Below are positions 51,290 to 63,682 of a stretch of 64,000 nt of DNA, in pieces. The DNA is taken from NCBI GenBank assembly GCA_028023455.1, contig JAQFVV010000005.1, positions 7,006,001-7,070,000 of the forward strand. Direction: 5' to 3'. Each line of letters begins with the position of its first letter. Position 1 is the stretch's first letter. The translations under genes and the position numbers were made by a program. The DNA is from Epiperipatus broadwayi. Its lineage: Eukaryota > Animalia > Onychophora. Below the pieces are notes generated by a model. It was not told the DNA's origin. It did not search any database and saw only the letters and a list, made by a program, of their open reading frames with translations.

Positions 51290-54200
51290 AGTAAGAGGAA
51301 CATTTATTGACTCATATATTTATTGCATGTGTGGAATTAACTATGTGAAAAGCCTCTTTTAGTTTGTGTTTTTGTGGTTACTCTTGAGGCAAACAATTGT
51401 GGAAGATTCAGATTTAAAAGGATAGCAACTCCCATGCTCCAAAAACAAGCTATAAAATGAATTCAATTTTACTCTTTATACAAATAGGCATGTTGGGAAA
51501 CTTTTGATTTCAAGTTGGCACCAGTCTCCCTGTAGTATTTGCTTTGCAGATTGAGCAATTTATGACTTATACTAATTGTGTCTTGTCATCACTGTAAATT
51601 TTATCCTTTGAATTATTGATAACTGGGTTGATGGATGGAGGGCATCTGAAGCCAATATTGAAGTCTTTAGAAAGAAGGGCCTTTAATTTCATGTGGATGT
51701 TGGTACTACATAGCATATTAATCCAGGGTTTCAGTTCAGGTTATCTGACATATTTATGTCTATTGTAGTATACCCTAATTTGGTTGTTGAGCATGGTGCC
51801 AGAATGGCAATTATACTTGAACTTTCAGATTATGAGTGTAGATAATAGGTTTGCATTTAATGTGAACTTTTTTTGAGTAACTTATCCCAACTCTACATCA
51901 AAATCTGTTTTTGCTATAGTGAATTTAAGAAACTTGTTTGTAATCAACTGTGTGGCAATATATCACATTCACACTAACAATAAGCCTTCTCAGTTTTTGA
52001 GGGCAAAAAGCAATCATATAGTCCTATATTTTACCAAAAAATTGTAATTCACTTAAATCATAAACAAATTTAGCAATTTCCATGAATTCATTTGAAGGAA
52101 TGTATTCAATTCAGATTCAACAGACAGAAAATAAGTTATTAGTTTGATGTTTATTATGATAACAATAATAAACCATTCTATTTTGACCCAAAAAAGAAAT
52201 TCCTTTTTATTTGCAACACATTCTGGAAGAATTACTTTAATACTAACATTTAATCTGTTTTTAACATCATAAAGTATTGCCTATATAATTGGTAACTTTC
52301 ATTAAAAACAAGATGTTTAATGGAAGAGAATCTTGCGTGGAAAGTTAATTAAAATTAAATGAACTTACAAATTTTGTGAAGATGTATCTTATTATAAATG
52401 TTAGAACAACTTATAAATATATCAATATATTGGTCTATCCATAATACAAAATATTATTGAAGAGAATGAGGTTCATTGGATTCAAAATTTAGGGATTTTA
52501 AAATATCTAAATATCCATCTTCATATAAATTGTCCATTTACCAATAAAATGATTATTGATTGTCATAAAATTAATTCACTGTTTAGGGCAATAATATGGT
52601 GGCTGCCATTATAAAACTAAATCACCATCTGCGAAAAATTATAATAATTTAAAATATGGTTAATAAAAAATGCAAATACTTTTTAAAGTTTGTCAAAAAA
52701 TTTGAATAGATAACATGGATTGAAAAAGCTTGTTAAGAATTAGATCCAGGTTATGTAGGAAGGTATCTGCTTAATATACTTCTATGTTCCAGTAAAATAA
52801 ATTCTGAATTAAAAATTGGCGATACTAATGTGCATCTGTGAGTGTGCTGCTTACCAGATTTTATGATCACAGTCAGCACCATGATATATTTTCAAGCATC
52901 TTCAAATTACAGATCTAAATTTTAGATCCAGGTTATGTAGGAAGGTATCTGCTTAATATACTTCTATGCTCCAGTAAAATAAATTCTGAATTAAAAATTG
53001 GTGATACTAATGTGCATCTGTGAGTGTGCTGCTTACCAGATTTTATGATCACAGTCAGCACCATGATATACTTTCAAGCATCTTCAAATTACAGATATAA
53101 ATTTTATCTCCATAATTGAGAAGTGTCAAGAAACTAGTGCTTATGAAATGACTTTAATGTTATTTTAGCATGTTTCTGGAAGAGATCATTTGATTTGTGG
53201 TATGTAGGATCATTGCTGAGAGACAAGTTACTAATAGACTCCAATAAAATATTTCATTCAGACATCTTTGATGTGTCCCTGAAAAAAAGGATGGCTAAAT
53301 CAAAGGAACATTTACTTACAACCGAAAATGAATATAATTCAGCAAAACAACATCAAACCTAATGTCATTTTAATTCTGACTTTAACATGTATATGAAGAC
53401 AAAATTATAAAATAACAAAACACTTGGTATGACAATAGCTCAACAGACATAGGGTTTACATATAAATGCTATTTATCATTTTTGCTAATGGAAGTTTCAC
53501 ATTGAAGCTGACTGCCTATCAAAAAATATGCAGGTGAATAGTAGTTTATGTAATAAATACAGGCAATTGCCTAAGAATTTAATGCCAGTGTTTAAAAGTG
53601 TAGATGTATGTCATCATTTATAACATATATAACATTAGATTAACAATGATTCAGCTATCATTTTCAAAACATCAGAATGAAAATCAAAAAGGTGTTTCTC
53701 CAACTGATTGCTAAATTAATATATGACTACTCAGTGCAAATAAAAGTGCCAGTTCAACAGGATTTTGAAACATACAATTGTCATATCCTGTATGAGCATG
53801 GGAACTTACTATTCTGCAACTAGTTCAAACCCTTGCTTGTTATGATTTTAAAATCTAACATGTAGAGAAGAAATTTTTTCCCATTACAATGTATTCAATT
53901 GTATTCCTGATATTTGCAGTTATAAAAGGGCAGAAAAAAATTAACATAATTGGCTTGGCAAATAGTGATAAAAGTAATAGTAAATTGATATTTCATGGAT
54001 GGAAAATGATCCACTATAACTGTTTTTAAAGAAATGAATAAATTCTATGTGGTCAGATCATGAGATATTAATTACACATAAAGCACTTTGGATGAAAAGA
54101 CATGAGTTATCCATTGTAGATAAATATATATTAAGAGTTACAGAATATACTCCACTCAAGCTACAAATTGTATGCTGGTTGAATTGTCATCCAGTCATGA

Positions 54201-55100
54201 TCAGAATGAAGATGCTGGATAGATCATGCATGATGGGCTGATTTAAGTTTAGACAATGAATCACTTATACCTAATGTCAACAGTGCCAATTAAATCAATA
54301 GATTCCTGTTAAATCAGTGGTAGTTGTTCATTGAAAACATTACAAAGCCTGTTAGATTAATGGAAAGCAAAAATAATTTTTATTGCCATTCATCCTTTAT
54401 CCAAATTCTTAGAAGAAATATATCCTCCATCCATATATCTTATTATTGGAACATACACAAACTTATTTGCAGTATACTGTCTTATGAATGACAATATTTA
54501 CAGTAACAACTGAAGTGCTATTATTCAGGCATTTAGAAAATTATTTGCCATGCACTGTTATTACTATTGTTTTTAATAACAACAGCTTGGCATCTATCAA
54601 TTTAGTTATATGCATACAAAAATTGTTAAACATATGTTGCCATTAATTCTCACCTCATAAAGCAATAGAAAAACTGCACAGATAGTGTAATAGTCAAAAA
54701 AATAAAGTAATATCAATAAACGATTTGAGTTTGAGATTATCCAGAAATCTGAGTCAGAATACAACTCTCAACTTTTTTATTATATTATGCTTAATGTATC
54801 TAGGACAAAAATAATATGAGCTACTGTGATAACCAAAAAATTATCCAGGCAAAAGCAAGATACCAGCTACTGGGATCACTAGAAATGGTCAGCATATTTT
54901 ACTATAAAGTCAGCAAAGAGACAAATTCATAGGCAACAATTACATATGAACTATTTCACTTAAAAGTAAACATCCAGAATTTTTTACTCAACATTTAAGA
55001 TATAGTGCTGTCAGAAGAGCATGAACCAATACTGAAACTGAAAATAAAAATGAAAGAATCTCTACAAAACGCTGTAAAAGATATATGACTTTATCAAACC
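51290..55100 (+). mobile_element. Second ancient Ty3/Gypsy fossil (gag-RT-RNaseH-integrase remnants)
   Basis: Knuckle-like EFKKLVCNQLCGNISH (~51920); RNaseH-like LQLVQTLACYDFKI*H (~53815); integrase zinc-domain-like ALWMKRHELSIVDKYIL...PLKLQ...IRMKMLDRS (54047-54241); core-like FIAIHPLSKFLE and IIQAFRKLFA. Confidence 0.7.
52741..53104. repeat. Near-perfect tandem duplication, 2 x 182 bp
   Basis: The unit TAGATCCAGGTTATGTAGGAAGG... starts at 52741 and again at 52923, with about 4 substitutions. Confidence 0.92.
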
Positions 55101-55188
55101 ATTTAATGGATTATGAATTATCAAAATAAATAAATATGTGTTTTTTTCCCATTTTTATTGTGGGAAGCAATACAGTGAACTCACCTGA

Positions 55189-55240
55189 GCATAAATGAAC
55201 TGTCAACACTGTCAGCATAAATGAACTGTCAACACTGTCA
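55189..55240. repeat. Perfect tandem duplication, 2 x 26 bp
   Basis: GCATAAATGAACTGTCAACACTGTCA occurs twice. Confidence 0.9.
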
Positions 55241-57080
55241 CATAAAGGAAGATTGTGCAGTTTTCATGCAACAAGACAAAATATAAAAGTTATTAATTTA
55301 TCATTTTATTATGACAATCAATAAGAAAATAACTAATGCCATAAAAGTATATCTTTAAGGGAATTTGCTCCTTATTTGTTACATAATACAGAAGAATCAA
55401 GTCACAGTAGTGATAATGTTTAATCTGTCAGTAATTCCAATAAGTAGATATATAATAATAAATTACATGAGTACAAATGATAGTGGCTGCTACTGTACAA
55501 ATTAAAGAGCAAAAGTTATCTTATAAGTGTACAATCTTGCACAAGGAATTTATGATAACTTTCATCTCAGGATTTGTCTAGAACTAAACAAATCCATAAA
55601 GGTTGGGAAAAATTATTGCAAATATTATTGAATAGAAAAAAGACCTTAAAACCTAACAATGTATTTATAATACACAAATTTTGTGAATCTGCAATAAAAA
55701 AACAAATGTTAATGTTCATAAAGCTGAATTTCTTTGATCAGAAGGCTCATAACATAATACCATGAGAAAATGTTCCTTCAAGATATACTTTTAGTGGCAA
55801 TTTATAGATGTTGTAATTATAAGAGGTTACTTCATTGTACAAAATGGATTTAGAAGTAGAAATGTAAAAATGAGCAAATATTTTGGGGAAAATTCAGTAT
55901 TTTCTTAATTTAAAGTATATTTTTTAGGTTGCCAAAACATGTTTTACGATATGATTACTGTGAATTTCATTCATATATGAATATTTTTCAGAAGAATCAG
56001 ATCTGATATTATTGACAGTTGAATATTAGTCTTATCTATTAACTGTATGGTTAAAACAAAAAAAAAATCCACTATAGTGAGTACCCTATTGATTTTAGTA
56101 TTAATATTGGAAATTGAATACTATTGATGATGAATTAGAAAATTGGATGAAATTGAACAAAATAATAAAATATAAAACTGAGAACTGTTTGAAATAATCA
56201 TTTAAATTCAAAATGTATGGCAGTATAAATACTAGCAATTTCAAAGAAAAAAACTTTTACTAATATTTTTAAAGATCTTTAGAACTGCCAGGAAGTATAA
56301 AAAATAAGATAATTTTTGCAATAATCTTGAAAATGTAAGCAAGTTTGATAATTCATGAGTAATCTTTTAAAATATCAAAAGAACATTATACACCTAAGTG
56401 AATTTGTTGAATTTATGAGTTTATAGATTGTAACTACAATATTTAAACTGAAGGTGAAAGAAATATGTATAGGATCCACAATTTAATGTTATTGAGAATT
56501 TCTTATAGATAATATTTCAACATGGAAGTTGATGTCAGATTAATATTGAGATAATTTCTAATAATGAAAGTCACAAGAATTGATACTGTTTTTCAGAAAT
56601 TTACCCAAAATGGCAGACAAAATCCAGAATGGATAGGGCACATTTTCATCTACTTAGTCTTAATGCCATTTAATGTTTACCTCCTTATAAAAAAAAAAAA
56701 TCAACTTATATTTCTATGCTAAGAAAAAAATCTTGATAGAATATGTAAATTATACTGTATAGTATCTATTATATCAATGGCAAGAAAACATACTGAAAAT
56801 TATTTAGTACAGGTTGCAATCTCACATTGAAAGAGAGCTACCAGTTCACTTTCTGCATTAGTATGACTATAATTCAAAATCAATTTAAACAATTTGTAAT
56901 TATCTTTAAATACTTTCATTCTGGTTACTTGCATCAATTGGTTGATAGATATCCCTTAGTCTGAAATCAGTATTTGTTTGAATGCCAAAATGATTTAATC
57001 AGGATTCTATCATCAATTACTTTACTTGATGCTACATTTTAATGTCAAAATAAATGTGTAAAATATTGAATATACAAAAA

Positions 57081-57615
57081 TTTAATAGCCTGTATTAGAT
57101 GAAATAATAAAGAAATACAGAAAAACTCCAGTCAACTTTATGTAAATAATCAGTAAATGTTGATGTAAAATGAGCCTACTTAAACTTTAGCTTTTATTGT
57201 ATAGAAGCATACCATTTACAGATACACTTACAGGCAGAACATGATTTATATATATATCTAACATAATTTCAAAATAACTATAAACTATTCTGAAATCACT
57301 TGAACTAATTATATGGAAATGCTGAGTCTTATATTTAACTATCTCTTAATATTAAATTAATCCTCAGAGAATAGATATAAATATAACTTTTTAATAGCCC
57401 GAATTAGATGAAATAACACATAGAATGGGTCCACCTATGCTTTAACTTTGATTATATATAAGCATACTATTTCCTGATATGCTTACATGCAAAGCATGTA
57501 GTTATTTCTATATACTAACATAATATTAAGACAATGATAAGCTATTCTGAAATCACTATAATTAGAGGGAGAGGCTGAGCCTCATACTTAACCACCTCTT
57601 AATATTAAAATAATT
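57081..57615. repeat. Two diverged tandem units (~310-bp period)
   Basis: Shared blocks TTTAATAGCC..ATTAGATGAAATAA, CTATTCTGAAATCACT and CTCTTAATATTAAA at 57081 and 57390. Confidence 0.75.
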
Positions 57616-59984
57616 CTCTAATTATTTACATGCTTTACCTCTAGTTAGTTATTGTGACTTCAGAATAGGTTATAGTTGTCTTGAAATTGGGTGTATGTCA
57701 GTAAATGATAATATTATTTACAATCAAAACTTAAATGTAGGTATATTTATTTTACATTTACTAACAGTTACTTTACATATAGATCTTTTTCTTTATTTCC
57801 ATATTTTTAAAAAAAGTTTAATATGCAAATTAAATTTGTAAATTTAACCTTATTTAAAATGTATAACTGTGATCATAATAATGATATTATTATTCATAAA
57901 TTAAATACTTTACCATTATCTACTTTGTTTCTTTAAAAGATATTTATAAAACCTTACCGGATATTAAGATTATAAGAAACAGACACAAAGTATGAAAGAT
58001 GAATTTTAAGAAATAATAGTAAATATATCATTATGTGTGAGTGGAATACTTAGAAAACCAGTCATCTGTAATGAGTAATAAATTTTATAGATAGCACAAT
58101 GATATAAATCCAGTATTTCATCAGAATTTGTGTATTCAAACAAATAAAACAATGGCCATGATTATATCACTATCAATAATTTTTCATAATTAAATTAATT
58201 GCTGTTAATTTTTTTTGCTTAAAGTTATGTAAATATTTCTCACAATTTACATATTTTCTCATTTCTTTTTTGGATTCAGTTATTTTTATTAATTGATCAT
58301 TTTTTTTACTTTGAAACTTTTTTGAACATTGCGTTCAAATGAATTCAATGATCTCATATATATTTAAAACTGTTTTGTTTTCAAATCTGAAGTACAAATA
58401 TATCAAAAGTTTGAATATTTATTTTTCTATTAATGCTTTTTTATTAAAAATAAAATTCCAGAAATTTTATAGAACAGAGCTTGTTCTTATTTGTTAATTT
58501 TTTTTTTTATTGCAAGCGACCATAAGCTTTTATTTTTATGATCAATTGTAAAATTGTTACTATAATCATATGACTTCTTTACACTTAGCTTCTGGCATCC
58601 ATTGATTACTCTGTTTAGCACAGGTGGCACTACTATATGGAGTTTTGCTTTGCTTTGTTTATAAATAATTATATTCCTTGTCTACATAGCATGTCTTACT
58701 TGCATACAATATATTAGATAAAATAACAGCTCCATATGCAGCTATTACTGTTGCAGTAATATTTCTTACATTTTAGTTTCTTAAAATCCATAGCAATATA
58801 TTGGTCCTTGTAAAATCTTAGTCTACTTTTTCATTTACAAAAACAATCATGATATTTCAATCCGCTCAATTTTAAGTGTATAATCATCCAAAATGAAAGT
58901 TGCATTTTTTTTTCTTTTATTACTGAATAATAAATGATATTTTGAATACTAATTATTAAACCAAAGTCTTTACATATTTCTTTCAAATCATTATTTAAAA
59001 CTGTATAATATGAATAAGTTTTGGTAGACAATCAAATGATTTCAATGTGAGAAATTTGTCAGATTTATTGAGTTATTTGCAAAATCAATAAACACAATAT
59101 AGAAATCAGACATTTGATTTGTTTTCAATAATTTTTTATCTGCCTAACAAAACAATGTTTGTATAGTTCTTTATGATTGTCTAAAGCTACATTGGGTCTT
59201 TGGTTCTCATCTACCATTTTTAATGAATCATTTGCTATTTGTGCATAAGTTGAATACATTCTGCAGATTAAATGTTTCTTTACTTATTAGTAACTATTAA
59301 GCACATTCTGCTGATCCTAACTTTAGCACTATAATACATACAAATAAGTGTAGTATAAATTTCTTCCATTATACTATTTCATCATTTAAACATCAATATA
59401 TGAATGTTATTCTTTAAGAACTAAATAAATAAGTTACATTTTTTTTTACTTGTAATACAACCTCACTGCTCTTTTTAGCCTTGGAAAAGTGTTCCAATTT
59501 TTAAATTTAGTTTGAGATCACTGAAAACAAATTTTTAAAACATGGAAAAAAATATTTCATGAAGGCATACTAAAATGTGATGATAAGAACAAGATATAAG
59601 ATTCTGAGACTTTTACAAAAACAGATAATACATATACACGCATTTTATCAATTTTTAAATAACTTACAAATTTATAATTATTATTATTTCAAATAATGAC
59701 ATAGGCATTCAAAAATATGGAGGTCAGCAATTTTTATATTAATAAATTTATTATTTTATAAAAAAGCAAAATAAATAACCAAAATACAATATTAACAAAT
59801 AATTTTTGTTAAAAAATGGAATTTGGAATCAATATGAATAAAATTAATTCACTCTTAAACAATTCACTTATATTGTTAACATTTTGACTTTATCTTATGT
59901 AAAAATAGTTGTGTTCCTTTGTATAATTTTTTTTCTGTTAGAAAAGAAATCATCTACAAAAAAAGTGACAATACTGGTGCAAAA

Positions 59985-61474
59985 CATGGACTTTAACCTT
60001 AGTAATAAACAAGTACCGCCTATATCTATTACATCTTCTGAATTGCCCAGAATTTTAAATAAAAAAGTGAGGCATGCAATTAAATGTATGAAGAAAGGAA
60101 AGGCTCCAAGTAATGATGGAATTATAATTGATATACTAAAAGAAGCAGGTGAAGAAATAGAAAATTTAGCAAAATTATATACCAAATGTCTAAATAATAA
60201 AGATGTACCAGATGATTGGAAGAATGCAGTATTAATATTGATATTTAAAAAAGGTGAAAAAGAAGATATTAGAAATTACAGACCTATCAGCCTTTTATCA
60301 GTTTTATACAAAATTTTTACCAAGATAATTACAACTCATCTACAGAGAACATTGGATTTCCACCAACCAAGAGAACAAGCTGGATTTAAAAGTGGTTTTA
60401 GTACAATAGATCATATCCAGGTATATGAGTTGCCATTATGTTTTGGATTTGTAGATTATGAAAAGGCATTTGATTCTATAAATATTTCTTCAGTGATTAA
60501 ATCATTGAATCATCAAGTTATAGATCCAGGATATTGTCATATTTTAAAGAATATTTATAAAATTGCAACAGCAACAATTAGATTACATAAGGATACTGGG
60601 AAAGTCAACATTGAGAAGGATGTAAGACAGGATGACTCCATATCTCCAAAACTTTTTACAGCAGTGCTGCAAGAACTATTTTGTGGATTAAAATGGAAAG
60701 CTAAAGGAGTGAAAGTAAATGAAGATTATTCAAGTCATTTAGATTTTGCAGATGATGTAGTTGTTTTTTCAAATAATACTTGAGCTGCAGCATCACCTGG
60801 TGGCCACAGTACACTTCACCAAACACTACCAATAGGTTTTCTCAAAATATGAAAATAAAGATCGATTATGATGAGTTAGAAAAAGTTAAGTTACAAATAT
60901 CTTGGTCAGATTATTAATACAAATGGAAGCATAATGGATGAAATTAATCATAGAATTAAACTTGGTTGGAGTGCTTTTGATAGAAATAACTTGATATTAA
61001 AAAGAAATATGCCTATGTGTTTGAAAAGGAAGGTTTTTAATAAATGTGTTTTACCAGTACTTATTTATGGATCTGAGACTTGGACACTTAAAAGAAGAGC
61101 AATCCAGAGACTTCAGACCACTCAAAGAAGTATGGAGAGATGCATGTTGGAGTAATAAGATGAGATCGAAAACACAATATATGGGCAAGAGAACAAACAG
61201 GTGTTACTGACCTTATTGAAATAATTAAAAGACTAGAGTTGAGCTGGATATATTGCTAGAAGAGATGATAATAGATGGACAATTGAAATCTTAAACTGGA
61301 TTCCAAGAGATTGTAAAAGACCCAGAAAGAGACTACATGTGAGATGGATGGATGAAATAAGAAAAGTGTGCAGGGGTGATATGGAGAAGAGAAGCTAAAG
61401 TTAGGAGAAGATGAATTGAACTTGGAGAGACCTTCATCCTGCAGTGAAATGATAATGGTTGATAATGATGATGA
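59985..61474 (+). mobile_element. 5'-truncated RTE-clade LINE (RT domain and 3' end)
   Basis: KAPSNDGI, NYRPISLLSVLYKIFTKII, QPREQAGF, FVDYEKAFD, VRQDDSISPKLF, HLDFADDVV and VLIYGSETWTL. The 3' end is CCTTCATCCTGCAGTG followed by a (GAT)n-type tail. Stops and frameshifts occur after 60783. Confidence 0.93.
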
Positions 61475-61789
61475 ATCTATTTCTGTCCCAAAACCACACA
61501 GGAATTTTTTTGTTTATTAATTAGTGAATGATAATCCTATATTTAAGCTAAAATTTATGACTTTTTACATTTTCCCCACCAACTTTCTTTTAGGTATTTT
61601 TGGTAATGAGTAACATGAATTAAAGTCAATACTTTTATTGTTAAATAGTTTTGGAGATCAATTTCTTTTTTTAAAAAAACAACCATCAAAATAATTTTAT
61701 TCTTATATTTCTTTTTTAGGTTAAAATCATTACCATTTTTAACTATTATCAATCCACTTGTAGGATAAAAGTTTCTTCATATTTATTTT

Positions 61790-63250
61790 ACTTTTTCTGA
61801 TACCTAGCCTTTCTTTTCAACAACACGTCAGCAAGCTTCCTTATTTTATTTAACCATTTCATAAATGGTTACTTTCTAATTCTTTTATAATCTCTTGAAA
61901 TTTAAATAAGGCATTCAAATATCCATCTAGTATCATTTCTTTTAATAATATATTCAGTCCAGCTCCATTTCAGTGTCTTAATTCTTATGTCCTTTGTAAG
62001 GCCTTGTTCTCTGATCTATGCATTTCATTTTTGATCCCTCTGTATTATTCCTAACATATATCTCTCCATATAATATTGAATAATTGTCCATATCTCAGAA
62101 TCATCTATAACAAACTTATTGTGAATACATAGACATATTTTTAACAAAGGCACTCCATTTAAGTACAATAGAAAAATTAATTTCATCCATTATGTTTTCA
62201 TTTGTTTTAATAATCTGCCCAGGGTATTCATCATTGTCAACTTCTGGTTTATGATTATTAATTTTATATACTTATTTTTTTTAGAAAATTCAGTGAATAT
62301 TATTTTAGTATTTCTTACTATCATATGATAATTCTTGCACCCTTTTCTTAAGTTCTGAAGCATTATTTGCAAAAAGAATTTTATTATCTCCAAAGTGTAG
62401 ATAATTTAAATAATCTCTGTTTACTTTTATTCCCTTCACTTCCCATTTTTAATTCAAATTCTTATAGTAACATAGCTGTAAAAAGCTTTGGAAATATAAA
62501 ATCACCATTTCATACACTTTTCAATATTAATTAAACTAGGCTCACCATGTCTAAGCACTGCTATGTTACTTTGATAAATGACAATATCTCTAATCTCTAT
62601 TTTCATTATGCGCTATTTTAGACACTGTGGAAATGCATATAAAATCACATGGATTTTTCATAATCTACAAATCCAAGGTATGGAAAGTCATATTCATTGA
62701 TCCTTTCTATAACTTCCCTTATTATTTAGATGTAAACTACAGGATTAAAGTCCCAATTAAATCCAGCTTATTCTTGTGGTTAGATTGAATCCAAAGTGCA
62801 AAATGGTGAGGAATTTCAAAGACCTGAAAACTATAGGAGATACTTTTTTTAAAATTACTATTTAATTCTTTGTAGAACTTTTTTACCCATTTCATCATGT
62901 CGTCTTTGTTTTGGTAATATTATCTTTTCATTATTTGCAAAAATAGTTTTCTTTTCCAAAATGAAGTTGTTTCCACTTTTGAGATTTTTATTCTTTTTTA
63001 TAAATTTCTTTAAACCAATTCATAATTATATTTTCTAATATCATTATTAAATCTTTTTCACACCATTTTGCAAAACTAGATATTCAATCTTTAATGTATC
63101 ATTTAAAAAAAATTCCATATAATTTTTTCTCCATACAGTCTCTTATTTCAGTAAAAATTCACCAGTAAATTGTTGTTTTTGCATTAGCTATTTTTCTTAA
63201 AAGTTTTTAATAGTTTATCAGTTATCTTCATACTGATTTCATTCAAGTCA
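61790..63250 (-). mobile_element. Older, more degenerate RTE LINE copy of a related family, tail-to-tail with the first
   Basis: Minus strand shows LKWEVKGIKVNRDYLNYLHFGD (cf. LKWKAKGVKVNEDYSSHLDFADD), GGGCAGATTATTAAAACAAATGAAAACATAATGGATGAAATTAAT (cf. ~60903-60950) and an LD..QPQE*AGF-like segment. Confidence 0.8.
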
Positions 63251-63383
63251 AACCAATTTTCAAAATATATATATTTAACATGTAGGGCATATGAGCACAG
63301 ACTTTCACACGACCCACCACTCTCCACACCATCTCATAACACTGATACACTTGAACACATATATATTGAAAAGATAAATAATC

Positions 63384-63427
63384 ACCAATATATGTATTTC
63401 ATGCTAAACCAGCAATCATCAGTTGGT
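63384..63427 (-). ncRNA. Minimal type-I hammerhead ribozyme (left arm)
   Basis: ACCAA-CTGATGA-TTGCT-GGTTT-AGCAT-GAAA-TACATAT-A-TTGGT. Confidence 0.75.
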
Positions 63428-63638
63428 CCAGATTACCATCTCCACACATATATGCTATAAGTGCTCAGATATATATTAAGATAGCCAAACCTTATACTTT
63501 AATGGACAGGCTTCAATCTACTCCACACTCCAACTCTTCAACTGTCCATCCAATTGAAAATCTGATGATGGAACCCTCAAAGACCACCCTGAGGCCGAGA
63601 TTCTTGTCACACCTATGTTGACCTAGATGGTAATCTGG

Positions 63639-63682
63639 ACCAGCTGATGATTGCTGGTTTAGCAGGAAATATGTATATTGGT
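63639..63682 (+). ncRNA. Minimal type-I hammerhead ribozyme (right arm)
   Basis: ACCAG-CTGATGA-TTGCT-GGTTT-AGCAG-GAAA-TATGTAT-A-TTGGT. Predicted cleavage is after A63677. Confidence 0.78.

Noticed and set aside
63560-63612. Third HHR-like string in the spacer (CTGATGA-TGG...CC-GAGA)
   Set aside because: GAAA is altered and no stem I or stem III can be formed.
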